The position numbers were made by a program, and so were the translations under genes. The notes under the pieces are model-generated. The model ran no database searches. It worked only from the letters and a program-made list of their open reading frames with translations, and was not told the origin of the DNA. A stretch of DNA of 64,000 nt, taken from assembly GCA_051362555.1 (NCBI GenBank), contig CM120649.1, positions 18,366,567 through 18,430,566 on the forward strand, given 5' to 3'. The stretch comes from Lingula anatina (lineage: Eukaryota > Animalia > Brachiopoda). Numbering within the stretch: the first letter of the stretch is position 1; every line of letters starts with the position of its first letter. Shown in pieces: positions 52,701 through 63,445 of the stretch.

Positions 52701-55700
52701 TATTAATTTACTCGAAAAGTATGTTGAGAATTGTCTTTTCGGTAACAAACATACCTCTTGATAGAGGGGAGGGATCAAGATAAGCCTAATTGCAACCTTG
52801 CATTATAAACTGGGCGCGGCCTATGTAACAAATTACGCCCTTGCCAACGTTTGTTGCATGCAGGGCTTTTCCCAGGATTCGGTGTCAGGCCTTCTAAAAT
52901 TACCATCTGTAAGTTCCTAAAATATTAATCCAAATTTTCCAAGCGCCGTGAGCGGGGAAGCGGGGGGGCTTAAAGATAAAATGAAAAAAAATTTTTTTTT
53001 AAAATCCAGAGGGGGTGGGGGTGGGTAAAATACTGATCTCCCACTGACGATCTTCCACGAACAAAGTTCCTAAGTCTCTTGAACTAATCTGAAAATTGCA
53101 TTTTATTCTTGCTTACATCGCAAACTATCTCCCGATGAAGACATGAAAATTGCCTTCCCGTCTCGCTCAATCGTGAACGATCTCCCTCTGATGATCTTAC
53201 ACGAACAAAGTCCTGCCAATATTACGCGAACGATTCTCCGCTGAAGATATGCCGTGAGCAGGGGAGGTAGGGGTTAAAGATAAAATGAAAATATATATTA
53301 TTTTAAAAATTCAAAGGGGGAGGGGTTTAAAATAATGATCTCCCGCTAACGATCTTCCATGAACAAAGTTCCTGAGTCCCTTGAACTAATATGAAAATTG
53401 CATTTTTATTCTTGCTTACATAGCGAACGATCTCTTTCCGAAGATATGAAAATTGCCTTTTCATCTCGCTCGAATTGCAAACAATCTCCCACTGATGTTC
53501 TTATGCCAACGGAGTCTGCTACAAATATGATAAAAATTACCTCCTTGTCTTGCTTGGATTGCAAACGATCTGCTGACGATGTTACACAAACGATTCTCCG
53601 CTGAAGATATGAAAATTGCCTTCTCGTCCCATTTGGATCGCGAATGATGTCCATGTTTATGAGCTAGGTGATCATTAAATGGTCTTAAATTGCACACTGG
53701 ACATGAATAGAAGTGACAGATACATTTCCCTTCGAGATAATATCTTGGTTTTTTCATTGTGTCTTCCTCATTTAGGACAGCCATCGATAACAATTATGGT
53801 GTTACAACTGACAAAGAGCCTTTGACTTCTATTTACTGGCTTGGAAACGCACCTTAAGCCAGGTAATAATAATGAAACTAAAGACAAAAGGCCGACGTAC
53901 CCGCAGTTGAGAACGGGAATTCACATCTAAACCATCTATATTGTGAGTAACCTCTCGCAGGGGCGCACTATTGTTCCTATTTCCCATTGAGAGTGTTATT
54001 GGCAATGATATCCTGATCGTATTATTGTCTTGAATCAACTGATGCATTACCTTCATGTTTGAGCTGGACAACGCGGCCATATTAGGAGACGATCTTTTCA
54101 AAAATTATCGAGTACCTCATTTTCAAGGTCGACGAAGTTTTCAAAGTGAAAAAATTACGTCAGCGGAAAATCATCTGCCGACGAAATTTTCAAGACTTTA
54201 CCGTATGCAATGTCAGAGAGGGCTCCGTCAGTTAAAATCTCTTAAAGCAATAATAACTCTTCCTTTGAGACTCAAAATTCCGCAAGAAATACATTGAAAA
54301 CCACGCATGGAAATATATTCTATTGCATTTTCCCACTAAAACAAGTGTTATTGTAGTAAAACTAAAATCTGTGCTTGTCACTAGGGCTTTCAATGCCTTT
54401 TTTCATGGTCGTCAAGGCATCCTTTGCCAATGAGGTTGAGGTGTCACGCGGATTCTCGCATTCATTCGAAACCAAAATAACATGGCGGGAAATGCATTGA
54501 TGCAATCCTCAGATGTAAGTTGCGAGTTTTTGTACAGTGCATTGGATAACGAAAAGCCCAGAATTGCACACATTGTAGATATAATTGCATTTTGAGCAAT
54601 AAGATAAATATATCTTATGAATCTTATATTAGTGTTATATAGTGTTGTTGTTGTCTGCTTTTCCCGTGGTTTTAAGTAGGTCACCAGAAACTTTCGCTCG
54701 ATATCGCATGACTATGCAATGTCAGAGAGGGCTCCGTCAGTTAAAATCTCTTAAGAGATTTTAACAAAAAAAGTACATTTAGGAAAAAACCCTGGATTAA
54801 CTTTGAATGCAGGAATGGGGTCGGGAAAATTGCCGTTTTTTTCAGGAAAATCGTATTTTTGGCCAAAACGAAGAGTTATTATGACTTTAAGAGAAAAAAC
54901 CAAACGTTTAGGAAAAAAAACCTTGACTAACTTCGAATGCAGGAATGGGGTCGTTGACCATTGGTAAGTACGGGAAAATTGCCATTTACTCCAGGAAAAT
55001 CCAAATTTTGGCCAAAACGAAGAGTTATTATGACTTTAATAAATTAATTGGTCTGTTCTGAACTTTCAGTTCAAATACCCAATAACCTTAAGTAATGAGA
55101 TGTCTAGTTATGCATTACTTAATCAAAAATAAAGTAGCTAACTCTCTAAAAGTGCATAAAGCATATGGCAATCTGCACTACACTTTACATTTAAATGTAA
55201 GGCCACATTCACATGGCTCAACTCAATGTGAATGCAGCCTAATGTGTGTAATAGATTCTACAGCACCCAGACAGTAATAACATAATTCAAAGAGAAACAA
55301 CTTATACTTACTCATGCATGTAATGTGTAGTTATATACAGCAGTATTTTCCTGGGTGACTTCAAGGGGTTACTAAATGTAAACCTCAATGATATTCCTAT
55401 ACTAAGCAGAGAGCAATCTTCAATCAACTTACAAGTCACTCCTTGTCCTGCTAAATCTGATAAAATGTAAAATATATGTTATATATCAGTTGTGAATCCA
55501 GGATTATTTGAAGGGGGTGGGCAGATGCAAAGCCACCCCCCCCCCCCCCCCCCCCAACCGTCAACATGGCGTTAAAGGATGAATGGTGCAATTTGGTATG
55601 GTTTAGAACTATGATTGAGCTAGTCAAAATTCCAATTTGAAGAGGGGACCAGAAATCCAAGGGGACCCCCCAACTCCCCCTCTAAATCTGCCACTGTATA

Positions 55701-58700
55701 TTCAACTCCAGATATACATGCATTTCATTGGAACATACCTAATGTATTCAATTTAAATTATTGAATCATATTGAATTATATCATTTACCTCTCAAATGTG
55801 CTTCTTATTAAGTAGTAAGTGATATATTAAATAATTTACATTCAACAATATTACCTGCCTCCAACATCCATAGGATTGGGAAATTATTTCTTTACAATAA
55901 CTTTGTGACATGTTGAATGTCCATAAACTATTTCTTAGTTCAAAGTATTAAACTGAGTTATACTCATCTCCACAAACCTTGAGATAGTTGTTCTACCTCT
56001 TTTGTGTCTCTGCTATCATAAACTATGGACACATCATATTCTATATCTTCCCCTGGAAATACACAAGTTAGTTACTTATCATACTCATCTTGCACACACC
56101 TTGATTGACAGATGTAGCCAAGATCCCATTTGCTCTCAGCAGATTATCACAAGGTCCACCATGTCTAAATTATGTCAATTCCAATTCATATTAGATATTC
56201 ATTACTAGGCAGATATACCCATAGTTTTAACATATTTTTATCTCCTCAATAGTAGATAATACATGTAGATCTGGTGGAGCATTCCCCCCTTCAAACAGCA
56301 AATTTGCCTTTTGTGTTTGCATCTGGTGGTACAACCTATGTGGAAAAACTAGCCAATATAGAAGTGATATCAAACCATCAAACTCAGGGTGACAAGTACA
56401 TGTATGGTAAGCTGACAGAGATGTTACTGTTATAGACAACATTTTAATACTCAGGGATATTACCGTTGATCCTCATTGACAAATGTTTCAAAAATCCTTC
56501 CTTTCTGCTATCTATGGGCATCAAATATCTCAAGGGCAAAGGTAATTTTCTCTGTTCTTCACTGGTGATGTCTCCATACACAGGGATGACTTGCTTTTGC
56601 TGTGACATTGCTTCATGCATTATCCTTTCTGCTTCATACCTCCAAAAAGGACAAAAATAAAGGACCATAATTTATGTGAATTTTGCCATATTAAAAGGTG
56701 TGTGTGTGAGAGAGATGGACTTTTTTTCAAAATTCAATGACAAAAGCAAAGAACAAACACACACACACTAAAAAAACAGTAATAATCAAAGTATTCAGAA
56801 GATACCAAGAATACACTAGTCTTAAAACATGCCACATACAACAAATAAAACATAAACAATTTTTTTTCTGGAGATAGCATAACTTTCTTTCAAAAAGCAT
56901 TGTTATTCTGCATAAATTTGGCTTGATCCCCTTTTGAATCTTGAGTAAACAATTATTTCACAACTGCTATTAATAAATTAATTTGTCTGTTCTTAACTGT
57001 CATTTCTGATGCCTATAACACTGTTGTTAATGAAATGTCAAATTATGCATTACTTAAATCAAAAATAAAGTAGCCAGCTCTCTACCAGTACATATAGCAT
57101 ATGGCAATTTGCACTACACTTTACATTCAAATATAAGGTGTGTAATAGATTCTACCACATCCAGACAGAAATAACAAATTTCAAAGAGAGACAACACCTA
57201 GCTTATACTTACTTTTGCAGATAATGTGTAGTTATATACAGCAGTACACTCCTGGATTGTTTCAAGGCATAACCAAACATATCCTCTACTCTATTTCTAT
57301 GTAGAGGGTTACTTTCAATCAACATACAAGTCACCCCTTGTCCTGCTAAATCTGGCAAAAAATGTAAAATATGTTATATATTCAACTCAAGATATACATG
57401 CATTTCACCGGAACTTACTCAATTTAAATTAACTGACAATGTCATATATATATATCATTTATCTATAGAGGGTGCTTCTTATTTACTGGTACACATAAGT
57501 AACTTACATTCAACAAAATGACCTGCCCCCAACATGTATGTGATTGGAAAATAATTTTTATACTATAACTTTACATGTTACATGTTGAATGGCCATAAAA
57601 CATTTCTTAGTTCAAAGTATTAAAATGAGTTATACTATTCTCCACAAACCTTGAAATAGTTGTTCTACCTCTATTTCATCTCTTCCATCATAAAAAATGG
57701 AAACATCATATTCTATATCTTCCCCTGGAAATACACAAGTTATTTACTTATTATACTCATCTTGCACACACTTTGATTGACAGATATAGTCAAGATCCCA
57801 TTTTCTCTCAGCAGATAATCACAAAAGTCTGCTATGGGATGATTCAATATACTAAGACTCAAGTGCTAGCTAGGCCACAACCTAAATATGGCAGACCTAC
57901 AGTACATGAAAGGAAGACTGCTTAATCCTGTAATAGGCTCTTTGCCTCTCACACGCCTCCCCATCATTGTCCCTGCAAGGGCACAGTTATTAAATCGTCC
58001 TATGTCTAAATTAATTATATGTCAATTCCAATTTATTCACACAAATGATATCACTTCATAAAAACAAACATAGTTTTACTTTTAAATAACAAAATATTCA
58101 GAATATTTTAGTGATTAATTACAAGGCAGACATTCCCATAGTTTTATAATGTTTTATTTATCTCCTCAATAGAATATTTTCTGGTGGAGCATCCCACCCT
58201 TTCAAACAGCAACTTTGCCTGTTGTGTTTGCATTTGGTGGTACAATCAATGTGGAAAAACTAGTCAATATATCAGTGATATCAAATTCAGAGTGACAAGT
58301 ACAAGTATGGTAAACTTACAAAGACAGTTACTTAAATAGATGAAATTTTAATACCCAGGGATATTACCTTTGATCCTCATTGACAAATGTTTCAAAAATC
58401 CTTCCTTCTTGCTTTCTATTGGAGTCAAATGTCTCAAGGGCAAAGGTAATTTTCTCTGTTCTTCACTGGTGATGTCTCCATACACAGGGATGACTTGCTT
58501 TTGCTGTGACATTGCTTCATGCATTAACATTCTCACTTCATACCTCCAAAAAGGACAAAAATAAAGGACCATAATTTATGTGAATTTTGTCATATTAAAT
58601 GATGTAGGAGAGAAAGACATTTTCAGAATTCATTGACAAAACGAAGAATTGACATAGAAAAAAAAAACAGTTTCAATTAAAATTCATAAATGATGCCAAG

Positions 58701-61700
58701 AATACACTCTTACAACCTACCACATACTACAAAAAATATATTTTAAAAAGTTTTTTTTAAAGATAGCATAAGTTTCTTTCAAAAAGCATTCTTATTCTGC
58801 AAAAATTGGGCTTGTTCCCTTTGGGTTCATCATTAAACAAAAATTTCACAATTAACTTCTATTAATGGATTAATTTGTGTGTTCTTAACTGTCATTTCTA
58901 ATGCCTATAACACTGTTGTTAATGAAATGTCAAATTATGCATTACTTAATCAAAAATAAAGTAGCCAGCTCTCTACCAGTACATATAGCATATGGCAATT
59001 TGCACTACACTTTACATTCAAATATAAGGTGTGTAATAGATTCTACCACATCCCGACAGAAACTAGAGGATCAGAGAGGCGATACCGCCTCCCAATATTG
59101 TACCACCAGCTGGAGCAAGCGCATTCGTATAGACCCCCACATACACAAAATAAGGGACACAGCCACCAGTCTTTTGCTTGACAAGCTGTAAAAATGAAAT
59201 CAACAAGAATTTTCAAAATATGCAAAAAAAAATATCAAAAGTTCATCAAAAGGTAGGTCAAAGGTCAATTTCACAGTAAGATTGCCAGTATATGACTTCC
59301 TATTCAACTTCAAAAGTAACTTTGGACCTATCTCTGCCAGTTTGGGAGATAAAAGGGAAGCAAACTTTGCAAAGTTCAGTTCATGGTGAAAAGTAGGTCA
59401 ACGGTCAATTTCAAGGTCACATTTAGATTGCTAGTGTATGACTTCCTATTCTAGTTCAATAGTAACTATGGACCTATCTCTGCCAGTTTTGGATATGAAA
59501 GGGAAGCAAAATTTTCAAAGTTCAGTTCATGGTAAAAAGTAGGTCAAAGGTCAATTTTAAGGTCACATTAAGATTGCCAGTGTATGGCTTCCTATTCAAC
59601 TTCAATAGTAACTATGGACCTATCTCTGCCAGTTTTGGAGATAAAAGGGAAGCAAAATTTGCAAAGTTCAGTTCATGGTGAAAAGTAGGTCAAAGGTCAA
59701 TTTCAAGGTCATATTTAGATTGCCAGTATATGACTTCCTATTCAACTTCAATAGTAACTATGGACCTATCTCTGCCAGTTTTGGATATGAAAGGGAAGCA
59801 AAATTTGCAAAATTCAGTTCATGGTGAAAAGAAGGTCAAAGGTCAATTTCAAGGTCACATTTAGATTGCCAGTATATGACTTCCTATTCAACTTCAATAG
59901 TAACTATGGACCTATCTCTGCCAGTTTTGGATATGAAAGGGAAGCAAAATTTGCAAAATTCAGTTCATGGTGAAAAGAAGGTCAAAGGTCAATTTCAAGG
60001 TCACATTTCGATTGCCAGTGTATGACTTCCTATTCAAGTTCAATAGTAACTATGGACCTATCTCTGCCAGTTTGGGAGATAAAAGGGAAGCAAAATTTGC
60101 AAAGTTCAGTTCGTGGTGAAAAGTAGGTCAAAGGTCAATTTCAAGGTCACATTTAGATTGCCAGTATATGACTTCCTATTCAAATTCAATAGTAACTATG
60201 GACCTATCTCTGCCAGTTTTGGAGATAAAAGGGAAACAAAATTTGCAAAGGTTAGTTCATGGTGAAAAGTAGGTCAAAGGTCAATTTCAAGGTCACATTT
60301 AGATTGCCAGTATATGACTTCCTATTCAAGTCCAATAGTAACTATGGACCTATCTCTGCCAGTTTTGGATATGAAAGGGAAGCAAAATATGCAAAGTTTA
60401 GTTCATGGTGAAAAGTAGTCAGGCGGCTCAGTCCAAATTTTATCCAGAATTGTGCAAAAGATGATAACAGCATGAAATTTTCCACGATGAATGACCATTG
60501 GGTGTTTGTCAACCCCCTGATCCAAAATAGATGAACACCCAATGGTTATTCATCGGGGAAAGTTTCATGCTTTTATCATCTATTGCACAATTCTGGAAAA
60601 AATTTGGACTGAGCCACCTGACTATACCGTACTGCACATTTTGCTTTCACCACCAATATGTACCTTTTGATAGCGTAACTCGAAAACTGTTTGGAATACA
60701 AAAAAAGGGAGACCACCCCCAGTGTTGGGCTTTACATGCTCTACAAAATGCAAAAAAGAATGGGTCTCTAGCATTAACGGTTCCCGAATTAGAGACAGTT
60801 TTCAGTTTTGGCATCTTATGGCCGTTACTCCAGTGAAAATGCACCGATTGACCCCAAATTCACAGAGATGAAAGATGACCTGAAGGGTAATACTTTCCAA
60901 TAATATTATTGGTTAAGTCTGTGTGGTGTCTGAATAACAGGGCAAAAAAATTTTTTTTCATAAAAAATATTATTTTTTTTGAAAAATTTGGCCCGTTTGA
61001 CCTTGAAGTAAAGGTCAAAGGTCAAATCCAAGGGCATATTTGAAATCTACACATATGACTTTTGGAAAGCCGTCTGTAGAAATTTTTCCCATAACCCCTT
61101 CCGTAGGGTAGATAATTAGCATTTAATTTTGCCATTTTTGGACAAGGGTGCATTGCAATGAGTGCCACACCCAGACCCCAATACCGGCAAAGCCCAAATT
61201 TTACGTGGAACGAGCTGAGATTATAGGTGACCTAAATCCAAGAGACGGGTACGGGGGCCCTTACCGTCTAGGAGGAGAAGCGGTAACGGTAGCCGTCTGG
61301 CAGAGCCGGCGGAACGATCCGGACGAGACCGAAACCATGTGTACTGCCAGCGCTAACGCTGGTGGTACAATAACAAATTTCAAAGAGAGACAACACCTAG
61401 CTTATACTTACGCTTGCAGCAGATGTGTAGTTATATACAGCAGTACACTCCTGTATTGTTTCAAGGCATAATCAAACATATCCTCTACTCTCATTCTATG
61501 TAGAGGGTCAATTTCAAGCAACATACAATTCACCCCTTGTCCTGCTAAATCTGGGAAAATGTAAAATATGTTATATTTTCTACTCCAGATACACATGCAT
61601 TTCTTTAAAACTTACTTAATGTATTAAATTTATATTAAATGTAATACAGATTATTTACCCGTAGAATATGCCTCTTATTTAGTAGTAAGTAATATAATTA

Positions 61701-63374
61701 ACTTACATTCAACAATATGACATGCCTCCAACATCTATTGATTGGAAAATAATTTCTTATCTATTTCTTCATTGTCACATGTTGAATGGCCATAAAACAT
61801 TTCTTAGTTCAAAGTATTAAACTGTGTTATATTCATCTCCACAAACCTTGAGATAGTTGTTCTACCTCCATTTCGTCTCTTTTGTCATAAAAAATGGACA
61901 CATCATATTTTTCCCCTGGAAATACACAAGTTATTTACTTATTATACTCATCTTTCACACACTTTGATTGACAGATGTAGCCAAGATCCCATTTGCTCTC
62001 AGCAGATAATCACAGTCCACCAGGTCTAAACTATGCCAGTTCCAATTCATTCACACAAATGATATCACTACATAAAATCAAGCAGAGTTTGACTTTTTAA
62101 TCACAAAATATTCAAAATATTTTAGTGATTAATTACAACGGAAGACAGACATTCCCAAAGTTTTAAATGTTTTATTTATCTCCTCAATAAAATATTTTCT
62201 GGTGGAGCATCCCACCCTTTCAACAGCAACTTTACCTGTAGTGTTTGCATCTGGTGGCACAATCAATTTTGGAAAAAAACTGGTCAATATATCAGTGATA
62301 TCAAACTATGAAACTCAGGGTAACAATTTAGTAAAAGTATGGTAAGCAGACAGCGACAGTCACTGTAATAAACAGTATTTTTAATACTCAGAGAGATTAC
62401 CTTTGATCCTCATTGACAAATGTTTCAAAAATCCTTCCTTTCTGCTATCTATGGGTATCAAATGTCTCAAGGGCAAAGGTTCTATTCTCTGTTCTTCACT
62501 GGTGATGTCTCTATATACAGGGATGACTTGTTTTTGCTGTGACATTACTACATACATTATCCTTTCTGCTTCATACCTCCAAAAAGGACTAAAGTAAAGG
62601 CACATAATTTATGTGAATTTTGCCATATTAAATGACGTAGGAGAGAAAGAAAGCATTTTCAGAATTCATTGACAAAACGAAGAATTGACATAGAAAAAAG
62701 TTTCAATTAGAATTCATAAATGATGACAAGAATACACTCTTACAACCTACCACATACTACAAAAATATATTTTAAAAAGTTTTTTTCTAAAAATAGCATA
62801 AGTTTCTTTCAAAAAGCATTCTTATTCTGCAAAAATTGGGCTTGTTCCCCTTTGGGTTCAACAGTAAACAATTATTTCACAATTAACTTCTATTAATGGA
62901 TTAATTTGTGTGTTCTAACTGTCATTTCTAATGCCTATAACACTGTTGTTAATGAAATGTCAAGTTATGCATTACTTAAATCAAAAATAAAGGAAGCCAG
63001 TTCTTTATCAGTGCATATAGCATATGACAATTTGCACTACACTTAACATTCAAATATAAGGTGTGTAATAGATTCTACCACATCCAGACAGAAATAACAA
63101 ATTTCAAAGAGAGACAACACCTAGCTTATACTTACTCCTGCAGCAGATGTGTAGTTATATACAGCAGTACACTCCTGGATTGTTTCAAGGCATAATCAAA
63201 CATATCCTTTAATCTCATACCATGTAGAGGGTCACTTTCAATCAACATACAAGTCACCCCTTGTCCTGCTAAATCTGGGAAAAATATAAAATATATGTTA
63301 TAATTTCTACTCCAGATACACATGCATTGCAGTAGAACTTACTTAATATCTCTAATTTAAATTAACTGACAATG

Positions 63375-63445
<71 letters not shown>

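Larger units (their letters stand above)
59062..61369 (+). mobile_element. HINE/Helentron-like element with central satellite array
   Basis: 13-bp subterminal inverted repeats TTGTACCACCAGC (59098) / GCTGGTGGTACAA (61358), 5' hairpin GAGGCG-atac-CGCCTC, 3' hairpin CCAGCG-ctaa-CGCTGG; inserted in an A run with no clear TSD (empty site GACAGAAATAACAAA is seen in other units). Confidence 0.8.

Noticed and set aside
33510-62597. Repeated plus-strand ORFs (MILIDKCFKNPS...)
   Set aside because: Antisense shadows of TIR exon C.
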